From NCBI GenBank assembly GCA_963728605.1, contig CAVSKS010000009.1, positions 397,447 to 461,446 on the forward strand: a stretch of DNA of 64,000 nucleotides, written 5' to 3'. The stretch's first letter is position 1, and every line of letters starts with the position of its first letter. This document shows positions 26,735-36,194 of the stretch, piece by piece. The position numbers were made by a program, and so were the translations under genes. A model generated the notes under the pieces. The model searched no databases, was not told the DNA's origin, and saw only the letters and a program-made list of their open reading frames with translations. This DNA is from an uncultured Chloroflexia bacterium. GTDB taxonomy: Bacteria; Chloroflexota; Limnocylindria; Limnocylindrales; CSP1-4.

Positions 26735-27922
26735 ATGGCGATCTATCTCGACCATGCCGCGACGACCCCGCTGCGGGCGGAGGTCCTCGAGGCCATGCTC
26801 CCGTACCTGACCGAGGCGTTCGGCAATCCCAGCTCGGCGCATGCCTTCGGGCGGGCGGCCCGGGCGGCCCTCGACGAGGCCCACGAGCGGGTCGCTGCCC
26901 GCCTCAACGCGGAGCCCCGGGAGATCGTCTTCACCTCTGGCGGGACGGAGGCCAACAACCTGGCGATCAAGGGCGCGGCCTGGGCATCGAAGGCGCGCGG
27001 CCACCGGATCGTGACCACCGCGGTCGAACACCACGCCGTGGGGCACACCCTGCGCTACCTCGAGAAGTTCGGCTTCGAGGTCGTCGAGCTGCCGGTCGAC
27101 CGCTACGGGCGGGTCGATCCCGATGCCCTGGACGCGGCGATCGACGACCGGACGGTGCTCGTCAGCGTGATGCTCGCCAACAACGAGGTGGGCACGGTCC
27201 AGCCGATCGCCGAGATCGGCAAGCGGGTCAAGGCCCACAAGGGCGTGCTGTTCCACGTCGACGCCGTCCAGGCGGCGCCGTACGTCGACATCGACGTGGA
27301 GAAGCTGGGCGCCGACTTCGTGGCCATGGGCGCCCACAAGTTCGAGGGCCCCAAGGGCGTTGGGGCGCTGTACATCCGCCACGGGACCCACATCCTGGCC
27401 CAGCAGCACGGGGGCGAGCAGGAACGGCATCGCCGGGCCGGCACGGAGAACGTCGCTGGAGCGGTTGGGTTGGCCGCCGCGTACGACCTGTGCTGCCAGG
27501 AACGCCCCGAGACGAACAAGCGACTGCGGCGCCTCCGCGACAAGCTCAGGACCGCCGTGCTGGCGGTCGACGGCACGGAGCTGACCGGGCATCCCAACGA
27601 GCGCCTGCCGGGGATCCTCTCGATCGTGGCCCGCGATACGGACGGTTCGGCCGTGGCCCTGTCGCTCGACCTCGAGGGCATCGCCTGCTCCGTCGGCTCG
27701 GCGTGTACCACCGGCTCGACGGAGGTCAGCCACGTGCTGACCGCGATCGGCTACCCGGAGGAGGAGGCGCGCGGCGCCCTGCGCCTGTCGCTGGGTCGGA
27801 CGACGACCGACGAGGAGATCGAGACCGCGGCCGCGATCGTGCCCCGGGTCATCGCCTCGATGCGGACGGCGTCACCGCTGATCGCCGCGGATCCGCTGGG
27901 GCAGGGCGTCGGCGTCTCATGA
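26735..27922 (+). CDS. iscS: cysteine desulfurase (IscS/NifS/YrvO-type, class V aminotransferase)
   Basis: [47 protein letters not shown]-terminal [10 protein letters not shown] active-site Cys loop. Coupled to mnmA. Confidence 0.9.
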   Translation: MAIYLDHAATTPLRAEVLEAMLPYLTEAFGNPSSAHAFGRAARAALDEAHERVAARLNAEPREIVFTSGGTEANNLAIKGAAWASKARGHRIVTTAVEHHAVGHTLRYLEKFGFEVVELPVDRYGRVDPDALDAAIDDRTVLVSVMLANNEVGTVQPIAEIGKRVKAHKGVLFHVDAVQAAPYVDIDVEKLGADFVAMGAHKFEGPKGVGALYIRHGTHILAQQHGGEQERHRRAGTENVAGAVGLAAAYDLCCQERPETNKRLRRLRDKLRTAVLAVDGTELTGHPNERLPGILSIVARDTDGSAVALSLDLEGIACSVGSACTTGSTEVSHVLTAIGYPEEEARGALRLSLGRTTTDEEIETAAAIVPRVIASMRTASPLIAADPLGQGVGVS

Positions 27923-29058
27923 GCCGCGTCCTGGTGGCGATGTCGGGCGGGGTGGACTCGTCGGTCGCCGCGGCGCTCCTGCATGCGCAAGGCGAGGACG
28001 TCGTGGGCGTCTGGATGCGCCTCCACGACGTCGCCGACACGTACTCCGAGTTCAAGAAGAGCTGCTGCTCGCTCGACGCCGCGGACGACGCCCGGCGCGT
28101 CGCGGGCCAGCTGGGCATCCCGTTCTACGTGATGAACCTCGAGCGCGAGTTCGAGGCCGGCGTCCTCCAGCCGTTCCTCGACGCCTACCTCGATGGGCGG
28201 ACGCCCAGCCCGTGCGTCGACTGCAACACGTACGTCAAGTTCGGGGCGCTGCTGGGCCGGGCCCGCCACCTGTACGAGTGCGACGCCGTGGCCACCGGCC
28301 ACTACGCCAGGCGGGTGATCGGCGAGGACGGGCGGGCGCAACTGGCCCGGGCCCGCGACGCCGACAAGGACCAGACCTACTTCCTGTACGGCCTCCGCCA
28401 GGACCAGCTGGAACACGCGCGTTTCCCACTTGGTGAGCTGACCAAGCCCGAGGTCCGCGAGGTCGCCCGCGGGCTCGGCCTGGTGACTGCCGACAAGCCC
28501 GAGAGCCAGGAGATCTGCTTCGTCCCGGGCGGCGATTATCGGGAGGCCTTGCGCGAGCGGGCCGGCTGGCAGGCGGAGCCAGGGCCCCTCCTCGACGTCG
28601 ACGGCGAGCGCGTGGGGGACCACCGCGGGGCCGCCGGCTACACCGTCGGCCAGCGGCAGGGACTTGGCGTGGCCCTTGGGGCGCCGCGCTACGTGTCGCG
28701 GATCGACCCGCTGACCAACACGATCCAGCTGGGCCGGCGCGAGGACCTCGAGACCACGAGCTTTGCGGTCGAGCGGGTCACGTTCGTGGCCGATCGGCCG
28801 CCGGCGCGGGACGGCTTCCGGGCGTCGGTCCGGATCCGCCATCGAACGGCGCCGATTCCGGCCACCATTCGCCCACAGACGCCCGATGAGCCGGCCCGGG
28901 CCGGCCGCTGGATCGTCGAGACCGACGAGCCGGTGTGGGCTGCGGCCCCTGGCCAGGCCTGCGTGTTCGACGACGGCGACCTGGTCCTGGGCGGTGGACG
29001 CATCTCCCGCCCGACGCCGGCGGTCGCGGCCGGCCCGGTTCTGGCCGCGAGCGCCTGA
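27919..29058 (+). CDS. mnmA: tRNA 2-thiouridine(34) synthase MnmA
   Basis: ATGA overlap with iscS. PP-loop [26 protein letters not shown]. Confidence 0.9.
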   Translation: MSRVLVAMSGGVDSSVAAALLHAQGEDVVGVWMRLHDVADTYSEFKKSCCSLDAADDARRVAGQLGIPFYVMNLEREFEAGVLQPFLDAYLDGRTPSPCVDCNTYVKFGALLGRARHLYECDAVATGHYARRVIGEDGRAQLARARDADKDQTYFLYGLRQDQLEHARFPLGELTKPEVREVARGLGLVTADKPESQEICFVPGGDYREALRERAGWQAEPGPLLDVDGERVGDHRGAAGYTVGQRQGLGVALGAPRYVSRIDPLTNTIQLGRREDLETTSFAVERVTFVADRPPARDGFRASVRIRHRTAPIPATIRPQTPDEPARAGRWIVETDEPVWAAAPGQACVFDDGDLVLGGGRISRPTPAVAAGPVLAASA

Positions 29059-29063
29059 TCGCT

Positions 29064-29345
29064 GTGCCGCCGGCGCCGATCCTCGCGGTGCTCGTCGGGA
29101 TCTTCCATACCGCGCTCTTCGTCCTGATCCGGGGCAGCGCCGGCGGCCAGCTGCCGCTGCTGCTCCTGGCGGCCGCGCTGGGTGCCTGGGCCGGCGACGC
29201 GCTGGGTGCGCGGCTGGGGATCGACCTGCTGCGGATCGGCGACTTCCGGCTGGTGGCGGCATCGGCGATGGCCTGGCTCGGGATCGGCTTCGTCGCGGTC
29301 ATCGCGACTCTGGGTCCCGAGCGCCGGGAGCGGCTGGGCCGGTGA
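29064..29345 (+). CDS. small hydrophobic membrane protein (93 aa, ~3 TM)
   Basis: GTG 29064 lies 5 nt after the mnmA stop. ILAVLVGIFHTALFVLI / LPLLLLAAALGAWAG / AMAWLGIGFVAVIATL. Confidence 0.4.
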   Translation: MPPAPILAVLVGIFHTALFVLIRGSAGGQLPLLLLAAALGAWAGDALGARLGIDLLRIGDFRLVAASAMAWLGIGFVAVIATLGPERRERLGR

Positions 29346-29572
29346 GCGAGCGACTGCCCGACGCGATCCGGCGGATCGTCCCGGACATCACCGACGCGTC
29401 GGATCCACCAACCGTGGCCTCGTTCCTGCGCGGACTGGCGGTCGGAGCGCTGGTCGGCGCGGCGATCGCGGGCTCAACGCTCCTCCAGCGCCGGCGGGCG
29501 AGCCACGAACGGGCGGCCGGATTGGCGGCAGAGCCACTCGCGCCCCCGAAGCCACCCATTTTGGGCGAATAG
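29342..29572 (+). CDS. small hypothetical protein (76 aa, one TM)
   Basis: GTGA overlap with the previous ORF. LRGLAVGALVGAAIAGSTLL. Confidence 0.3.
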   Translation: MSERLPDAIRRIVPDITDASDPPTVASFLRGLAVGALVGAAIAGSTLLQRRRASHERAAGLAAEPLAPPKPPILGE

Positions 29573-29657
29573 CAATCCGAGTGGTGGGCATCGGGGTCTG
29601 ACCCGGCCCTGGGCCGGGATCGTCCACGAATGCGGTCCGAATACCACCCGGATTGCC
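29572..29657. terminator. nested stem-loop structure in the spacer between convergent genes (bidirectional terminator candidate)
   Basis: Outer stem 29572-29584 pairs with 29644-29656 (12 bp, 1 mismatch). It encloses an inner hairpin CCCGGCC-ctg-GGCCGGG at about 29602-29618. Confidence 0.35.
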
Positions 29658-29737
29658 AAAGGCGCCGAATCGCTGGTCCGGCGAAGGCGCGGACCACCCG
29701 GGCTGCTATCTGCGGAAATCTCGCGGGCGCGCGACCC

Positions 29738-30178
29738 TCATGGCGCGACGGGGTCCACTAGCGTCATCACCGCCGTCCAGCCGCAATCGTGCCGTGGAAC
29801 CGGTTGCGGCGCGAATCCGCCGGCGCGCAAGTGGTCGCCGTCCCTCGCAACCTCGCGCCCAGCATTGTCAAAGACGGCGAATGGACTGAACTGGGCCGAA
29901 TAGCCGAACGGCCAGGTGATGCCCTGCTTCGCGCTACTCTCCCGTTCGATCCAGATGCAACCGTCCTCCTCGTGGAGGGTGCCATTCACTGCCACGGTGC
30001 CCCAGACGCAAGCGTCCACGCCCGGCGGGGGGCCGTACGGACACAACCGCTCCGCGTCCGGGAGCGCGACTCGCCCGCTCGGTAGGGGCATCCGGGTGGG
30101 CGGTTCTACGGACGAGTTCGGAGCGGCGCTGCAGGCGCCAACGAGCAGCAGGCAGGCGAGGACCGGTCGCACGCTCAA
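29738..30178 (-). CDS. putative lipoprotein, Cys-rich, unknown function
   Basis: Signal peptide with lipobox-like LLVGAC. Five further Cys residues. Confidence 0.55.
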   Translation of the reverse strand: MSVRPVLACLLLVGACSAAPNSSVEPPTRMPLPSGRVALPDAERLCPYGPPPGVDACVWGTVAVNGTLHEEDGCIWIERESSAKQGITWPFGYSAQFSPFAVFDNAGREVARDGDHLRAGGFAPQPVPRHDCGWTAVMTLVDPVAP

Positions 30179-30179
30179 G

Positions 30180-30725
30180 TCAACGCCGAAGCTCGAGGAC
30201 GTCGTCGATCACGAGGCGGTTCGCGCACAGCTCGGCGGCTGCGGGCTGGCACGCCACGGCTCGGTCGTCGTTGACGTGACCGAGCACGAGGATCGGGATC
30301 GGCGGCGCGTCGTAGGGCGTGTCGACCTCGCGCCACAGGCGATCCTCGAACCACGGCGTGAGATGGGGCCCGCGGGCCTCGGTGACCACGAAGTCGGCGG
30401 TCATGACCAGGATGGGCTCGGCCAGCTCGGTGATCCCGTATTCGCCGTCGTGGCAATAGATCTCGAGCTCGCCCGGGTTGGCCAACGGTGGCGCGCACGA
30501 ATGGCCAATGCCCCGGTTCGTCCAATAGCCCTCGACGAGCACTTGCGCGTCGCCGATCGTTCCCGCGTCGCGAGCGGCGAGGAACTGGCTCACCGACAGG
30601 GGGCGGGCGGAATCCCCGGGCCTGCTGCTGATGGCCGCGATCGCGACCAGGGCGACGAGGATCGCACCCACGGCGAAGAGCGCGATCGACGCCCGAGCGC
30701 CGCCGCCGTCCTCGCTCACCGGCAC
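30180..30725 (-). CDS. membrane-anchored (signal-anchor) exported protein, Cys-containing, unknown function
   Basis: N-terminal TM helix IALFAVGAILVALVAIAAI. 1-nt spacer to the downstream lipoprotein gene. Confidence 0.55.
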   Translation of the reverse strand: MPVSEDGGGARASIALFAVGAILVALVAIAAISSRPGDSARPLSVSQFLAARDAGTIGDAQVLVEGYWTNRGIGHSCAPPLANPGELEIYCHDGEYGITELAEPILVMTADFVVTEARGPHLTPWFEDRLWREVDTPYDAPPIPILVLGHVNDDRAVACQPAAAELCANRLVIDDVLELRR

Positions 30726-30729
30726 CCCA

Positions 30730-31290
30730 TCACCCCACGTCCGCTCTCGTTAGCGAGTACATCACCACGTCGACAGCGACGCCCCGGTGGAGCTCCCAGT
30801 TCCGGAGCACGCCCTCGCGGGTGAACCCGGCCCGCAGCGCGACCGCGCCCGAGCGGTCGTTGTCCACCAGCGTGTACAGCTGGAGCCGCTGGATCGGCAT
30901 CTCCTCGAACGCCCACCGGGAAACCAGTCGGAGGGCTCGGGTGATCACGCCGCGCCCCCGGGCCTCCGGGGCCAGCCAGTAACCGACCGATGCCGTGATG
31001 TCCTGGGGCGGATGGACGGTGATCGCGCCGAGCATCTCGTCCGTCCCGGCATCGGCGATGCAGAACGCCGCCGACCCGTCCGACCAGCCGCCGAACTCGC
31101 CGTTGACGAAGCCCAGGGCGTGGTGGTGCTCGTACGGCGAAGGGATCGGAACCCAGCGATGGATCTCCGGGTCCTGGCAGGCGCGGTAGACCGCGTCGGC
31201 GTCGGACCGGCGCCAGGGGCGTAGCGCGACGTCACCATCACGGAGCGGCGGATCGGGGGGTACGAGCGGCCTGGCCACGCCGCCGAGCAT
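30730..31290 (-). CDS. GNAT N-acetyltransferase (RimJ/RimL-like, Acetyltransf_3)
   Basis: LRPWRRSDADAVYRA..., VGYWLAPEARGRGVITRALRLVSRWAFEEMPIQRLQL..DNDRSGAVALRAGFTREGVLR. Confidence 0.8.
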   Translation of the reverse strand: MLGGVARPLVPPDPPLRDGDVALRPWRRSDADAVYRACQDPEIHRWVPIPSPYEHHHALGFVNGEFGGWSDGSAAFCIADAGTDEMLGAITVHPPQDITASVGYWLAPEARGRGVITRALRLVSRWAFEEMPIQRLQLYTLVDNDRSGAVALRAGFTREGVLRNWELHRGVAVDVVMYSLTRADVG

Positions 31291-31348
31291 GCGCCGGGGC
31301 CTCGGCCCGGGTCAATTCCGGTCGCCGCGAGCGCCGACCCCCGTTCGG

Positions 31349-31354
31349 TACCAT
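31349..31354 (+). promoter_or_regulatory. -10-like TACCAT 8 nt upstream of in-frame ATG 31363 of alaS
   Basis: TAnnnT hexamer; no SD before either ATG 31363 or ATG 31405. Confidence 0.3.
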
Positions 31355-31404
31355 TGCCGCCGATGGGGACCCCGCCGCCCGAACATGATCCGCGGATCGT
31401 CAGC

Positions 31405-34158
31405 ATGCCCGCCGCTGAGATCCGGCGCCGGTTCGTCGAGTACTTCGCCGAGCGCGGCCACGAGGTGGTGCCCAGCGCGAGTCTGATCCCCGCGAGTGAC
31501 CCAACACTGCTGTTCACCAATTCGGGGATGGTGCCCTTCAAGAACGTCTTCACCGGCGTCGAGAAGCGGCCCTATAGCCGCGCCGTCAGCGTTCAGCGCT
31601 GCCTCCGCGTGGCCGGCAAGCACAATGACTTCGAGGAAGTCGGCCGGACACCGCGCCACCACACGTTGTTCGAGATGCTCGGCAACTGGAGCTTCGGCGA
31701 CTACTTCAAGCGCGAGGCGATCCACTGGGCGTGGGACTTCCTGACCCGGGAGCTGGGCCTGCCGCCGGACCGGATCGCGGCCACGACCTACACCGACGAC
31801 GAGGTCGCCTGGAACATCTGGCGTGACGAGATCGGGCTGCCGCCGGAGCGGATGGCCAAGTGGGGCAACGTCGACGCCGGCGACGACAAGAACTTTTGGC
31901 GGATGGCGGAGACCGGGCCATGCGGCCCGTGCAGCGAGCTCCACTACGACCGTGGTGCCTCGTTCAGCGAAGGTCCCCACTGCATCCCCGACCACAGCGA
32001 GACCTGCCCCCGCTGGCTGGAGGTCTGGAACCTGGTGTTCATGGAGTTCGATCAGCGGCCCGACGGCCGGGTACCGCTGCCGTTCCCGAGCGTCGACACG
32101 GGTCTCGGGCTGGAGCGGATCAGCAGCGTCGTCCAGCAGGTGCCCACCAACTACGACACGGACCTGTTCCTGCCGGTCCACCAGCGGATGCGCGAGCTGC
32201 TGGGCCACGACCCCGACGACTTCGAGCAGGAGCGCTTCAGCTACCAGGTCATCGCCGATCACTCGCGGGCGGCGACCTTCCTGGTTGCCGACGGCGTCCT
32301 GCCATCGAACGAGGGTCGCGGCTACGTCCTCCGCAAGCTCGTCCGGCGGGCCGTCCGGCACGGCCGACTGCTGGGCCGGCGGGAGCCGTTCCTCCACGAG
32401 ACCGCCGCCGTGGTGATCGACGTGATGGGGGATGGCTATCCCCATCTCGTCGACGGTCGGGAGACGATCATCGGGACCATCCTCCGCGAGGAGACGCAGT
32501 TCGGCCGGACGCTCGACGCCGGGACGGTCCTGCTCGAGGAGGCATTGATCCCGCTGACCTCCGCCGAGCGGCAGGTGGGCCGCCGACCGGAGGACCTGCC
32601 AGCCGACGCTCCGAGGCTGTCCGGCGACGTCGCGTTCAAGCTCCACGACACCTACGGCTTCCCGATCGACCTCACCGTCGAGCTGGCGTCGGAGTACGGC
32701 GTGACCGTCGACCGGGATGGGTTCGAGGTCGCCCTGGCGGAGCAGCGTGAGCGGAGCCGCAGCGGCCGGAAGGCCGACATGAGCCGCCACGCGGAGCAGA
32801 TGTCGCTGTACGAGGGCGTCCAGCGCCAGCATGGCGACACCGAGTTCCTGGGCTACGAGACGACGACCGCCGAGGCGCGGGTCGTCGACATCATTCGCGA
32901 CGGTACGCGCTACGACGAGCTCGAGGCCAGGGGCGACATCGAGCTGCGGACGGACGCCGAGGCGTCGGCCGAGATCGTCCTAGACCGGACGCCGTTCTAC
33001 GCCGAGGGCGGGGGTCAGATCGGCGACCAGGGGGAGCTGCATCTCGGCGGCGAGGGCGGCGAGATCGTGTTCACGGTCGAGGACACCCAGAAGCCCGTTG
33101 GCGGGCTGATCGTCCACCGCGGCAAGCTGCGCGGAGCCCTCAAGGTCGGTGACGCGGTCACGGCCGTCGTCGACCCAGACCGGCGGGCCCACACCATGCG
33201 CAACCACACCGGCACGCACCTCCTCCACCGGGCGCTCCGCAACGTGGTCGGCGACCGGGCTCGCCAGGCCGGTTCGCTCGTCACGCCCGACTCTCTGCGG
33301 TTCGACTTCCCGCTCGATCGCGGGCTCAGCGGCAAGGAGCGTTGGGCGATCGAGGACGAGGTTCGCCGAATCATCCGCGACGACCGAACCGTCACGCCGT
33401 CGTACATGACGATGCCCCAGGCCATCGAGGCAGGCGCCGACGCCTTCTTCGACGAGAAGTACGGCGAAACCGTCCGAACCGTCCGAGTGGATGGCTACAG
33501 CCACGAGCTGTGCGGCGGGACCCACTGCCGGGCCACCGGCCAGATCGGCTCGTTCCTGATCACCGGCGAGCGGAGCATCGGCTCGGGGATGCGCCGGATC
33601 GAGGCCCTGACCGGGGCCGGCGCCGATGCCTGGCTGCGGGACCGCGTGGACCGGCTCGAGGCGGCAACCGAAGCCGCCGGCGCCCAGTCCGTAGAGGCGC
33701 TTCCGGACCGGATCCGGGTTCTCCAGAACGAGCTTCGGGAGACCCGGCGCCGCGTTCGCGAAGGCGGCGGAGCGGCGCTGCCCAAGGCAGGGGACCTCGC
33801 CTCCCGCGCCGAGGAGATCGTGCCCGGCGTCCGGCTCGTCGCCGCGAGCGCGCCGTGGGAGTCGATCGAGGCGGTCAAGGGCGTCGCCAAGGATGTCCGT
33901 GGCAGCCTGCCGTCGGGCGTCGTTGCCCTCGCCCTCGACGCCGACGAGCCCCAGATCTTCGTCACCGTGAGCGACGACCTCGTCGCCATGGGCATCAAGG
34001 CCGGCGACCTCGTCAGGGTGGCCATGGAGCCACTCGGTGGCAAGGGTGGCGGCCGGCCGGAGATGGCCCAGGGCAAGGGCGCCCACAGGGATGGCCTCGC
34101 GGCGGCACTCGACGCCATCGGCACGGCACTTCGGTCGCGTGACGGGCAGGAGGGCTGA
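31405..34158 (+). CDS. alaS: alanine--tRNA ligase
   Basis: MPAAEIRRRFVEYFAERGHEVVPSASLIPASDPTLLFTNSGM, GNWSFGDYFK, HTGTHLLH, C-terminal DHHA1-like domain. ATG 31363 (14 codons upstream) is an alternative start. Confidence 0.95.
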   Translation: MPAAEIRRRFVEYFAERGHEVVPSASLIPASDPTLLFTNSGMVPFKNVFTGVEKRPYSRAVSVQRCLRVAGKHNDFEEVGRTPRHHTLFEMLGNWSFGDYFKREAIHWAWDFLTRELGLPPDRIAATTYTDDEVAWNIWRDEIGLPPERMAKWGNVDAGDDKNFWRMAETGPCGPCSELHYDRGASFSEGPHCIPDHSETCPRWLEVWNLVFMEFDQRPDGRVPLPFPSVDTGLGLERISSVVQQVPTNYDTDLFLPVHQRMRELLGHDPDDFEQERFSYQVIADHSRAATFLVADGVLPSNEGRGYVLRKLVRRAVRHGRLLGRREPFLHETAAVVIDVMGDGYPHLVDGRETIIGTILREETQFGRTLDAGTVLLEEALIPLTSAERQVGRRPEDLPADAPRLSGDVAFKLHDTYGFPIDLTVELASEYGVTVDRDGFEVALAEQRERSRSGRKADMSRHAEQMSLYEGVQRQHGDTEFLGYETTTAEARVVDIIRDGTRYDELEARGDIELRTDAEASAEIVLDRTPFYAEGGGQIGDQGELHLGGEGGEIVFTVEDTQKPVGGLIVHRGKLRGALKVGDAVTAVVDPDRRAHTMRNHTGTHLLHRALRNVVGDRARQAGSLVTPDSLRFDFPLDRGLSGKERWAIEDEVRRIIRDDRTVTPSYMTMPQAIEAGADAFFDEKYGETVRTVRVDGYSHELCGGTHCRATGQIGSFLITGERSIGSGMRRIEALTGAGADAWLRDRVDRLEAATEAAGAQSVEALPDRIRVLQNELRETRRRVREGGGAALPKAGDLASRAEEIVPGVRLVAASAPWESIEAVKGVAKDVRGSLPSGVVALALDADEPQIFVTVSDDLVAMGIKAGDLVRVAMEPLGGKGGGRPEMAQGKGAHRDGLAAALDAIGTALRSRDGQEG

Positions 34159-35420
34159 TGGCCTTCTGGCGCCGGATCTGGCAACGCGACGGCGAACCGG
34201 CGCTGGCCGCCTGCACGGCACTGGACATCGGGACGGAATTCGCGAAGGCGCTCGTCTTCGAGATCGACGAGACCGGCAAGGGAACCATCAAGGGCGTCGG
34301 GCGCAAGCGGCAGGGCCTGTCGCACATGCAGTCGGGGACCGTGGCCGACATCGCCGCCGTCGTCGACAACTGCGCGATCGCGCTCCAGGAGGCCGAGGAG
34401 ATGGCCGGCTTCCGGCCGTCGCAGGTGGTGATCGGCATCGCCGGCGAGCTGGTCAAGGGCTTCACCACGACCCATTCCCAGGAGCGCAGGAAGCCCGACC
34501 AGCCGATCACCGAGGGCGAGCTCCAGAAGCTGATCGACGGCGTCCAGCGGGAGGCGCTCCGCGAAGCAGAGCGGGCCATCATCTGGGAGACCGGCCTGCC
34601 GCACGTCGACGTCCGCCTCGTCCACGCGGCCGTGGTCGGCGCGGCGATCGACGGCTACGCGCTGACCAATCCGGTCGGCTTCCAGGGCCGGCACGTCAAG
34701 ATCGGAATCTTCAACGCGTTTGCCCCGCTGGTCCACCTCGGTGCGCTCCAGAGCGTCGCCAGCCAGCTGGACCTGGAGCTGCTCGAGATCGTGGCCGAGC
34801 CGTACGCCGTCGCCCGCGTGCTTGGCCAGGACAACGTCCGCCAGTCCGGGGCGCTGTTCGTTGACGTCGGCGGCGGTACGACCGACGTCGCCCTCGTCCG
34901 GCAGGGCGGCATCGAGGGCACCCGGATGTTCGCCCTCGGTGGCCGGGCCTTCACCAAGTCGCTGGCCGATCGCCTGGATCTGCCCTTTCCACGCGCGGAG
35001 TCGCTCAAGGTCGACTATGCCCGCGGGCTGCCCGTCGACCAGCGTGAAGCGGTGGCGGAGATCGTCGCCGACGACGTGGCGGTCTGGGCGGCCGGCGTCG
35101 AGCTGGTCATGGAGGAGCTGGCCGCGGGTGACCTGCTGCCCGGCCGGATCTACCTCTGTGGCGGCGGCTCGCGACTCCCGGAAGTGCCCGCGGCGCTCGC
35201 CGCGGAAGCGTTCTGGAAGCGCCTCTCGTTCGCCCGGCCGCCGGAAGTCACGGTGATGTCGCCGGACCAGGTCGAGGGGATCGTCGATGCGACGGAGCTC
35301 CTCGTCGACCAGCAGGACGTCACCCCGCTCGGGCTGGCCTACCAGGCGATCGAGCTCCAGACGACCGAGGCTCCGCTCGACGTCGCCCTGCGGCGGGTCC
35401 TGCGGGCGATGAAGGTCTGA
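34158..35420 (+). CDS. actin-fold ATPase of the FtsA/PilM type
   Basis: TGATG overlap with the alaS stop. Phosphate-1 ALDIGTEFAKALVFE, phosphate-2 LFVDVGGGTTDVALV, adenosine motif IYLCGGGSRLPEV. Confidence 0.8.
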   Translation: MAFWRRIWQRDGEPALAACTALDIGTEFAKALVFEIDETGKGTIKGVGRKRQGLSHMQSGTVADIAAVVDNCAIALQEAEEMAGFRPSQVVIGIAGELVKGFTTTHSQERRKPDQPITEGELQKLIDGVQREALREAERAIIWETGLPHVDVRLVHAAVVGAAIDGYALTNPVGFQGRHVKIGIFNAFAPLVHLGALQSVASQLDLELLEIVAEPYAVARVLGQDNVRQSGALFVDVGGGTTDVALVRQGGIEGTRMFALGGRAFTKSLADRLDLPFPRAESLKVDYARGLPVDQREAVAEIVADDVAVWAAGVELVMEELAAGDLLPGRIYLCGGGSRLPEVPAALAAEAFWKRLSFARPPEVTVMSPDQVEGIVDATELLVDQQDVTPLGLAYQAIELQTTEAPLDVALRRVLRAMKV

Positions 35421-35423
35421 CCC

Positions 35424-36194
35424 GTGGCGTCCATCGTCTACCTCGACGTCGACGACGAGATCACCTCCGCGGCGGCGCGCATCCGGACGACGGAGGAGAA
35501 GCGCGTCGCGCTCGTCGTGCCGTACGGCTCGCGACTGGCGACATCGCGGATCAACTTCCGGCTGCTCGCCCGCGAGGCCCAGACCCGCGGCCGCCGCCTG
35601 GCGATCGTGGCAGGCGATGCGGCGACGCGTGCCCTGGCGGCCTCGGCCGGGCTGCCGGTGTTCGGCTCGGTGGGCGAGTACGAGGCGGCCGACGCCGACG
35701 GGACGGCAGACGCGCCGCCGCCGACGACGCCACGCGGCAGGCGCGGACGGGCGGTGGTAGGCCCGGAGCCCGAGACGGACGAAGCCAAGCCCTCAACGCA
35801 ACCCTCACCAGCCGTGGCGCCGGACCTCGAGGCCACGGTCGTCGCTGGCCACCCCGAAGGCGCCCGAGGTGAGCCCCACCCCACCGGCAGAACCCGTTAC
35901 CCGCCCGCCACGCCCGTCGTCGGCGGCGATTCCGGTCGTCCGAGGACGTCGACGCCTGCCGTTCGGGCGGACGGCCGCCATCGTCGCTGCCGGCGTCATG
36001 GCCTTCGTCGTGGTCGTCGGCGGCGCGGCCGCCTACCTGCTGCTCCCCTCGGCGACCGTGTCCGTGGTCGCGAAACCCGAGCCGCTGGGTCCGATCGAGC
36101 TCGTCGTCGTCGCCGACCCCACGATCATCGAGGTGGACGTGACGGCCGGCATCGTGCCATCGGAGCGGCTGACGTTCGACGTCGCCGTGAATGA
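35424..36194 (+). CDS. N-terminal cytoplasmic domain ORF (VYLDVDDEITSAAARIR...) of a probable larger membrane protein; only about the first 140 codons look genuine
   Basis: GTG 35424 lies 3 nt after the upstream stop. After about 35870 the frame turns Arg-rich and overlaps the next, convincing ORF by 326 nt, so a frameshift is suspected. Confidence 0.45.
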   Translation: MASIVYLDVDDEITSAAARIRTTEEKRVALVVPYGSRLATSRINFRLLAREAQTRGRRLAIVAGDAATRALAASAGLPVFGSVGEYEAADADGTADAPPPTTPRGRRGRAVVGPEPETDEAKPSTQPSPAVAPDLEATVVAGHPEGARGEPHPTGRTRYPPATPVVGGDSGRPRTSTPAVRADGRHRRCRRHGLRRGRRRRGRLPAAPLGDRVRGRETRAAGSDRARRRRRPHDHRGGRDGRHRAIGAADVRRRRE

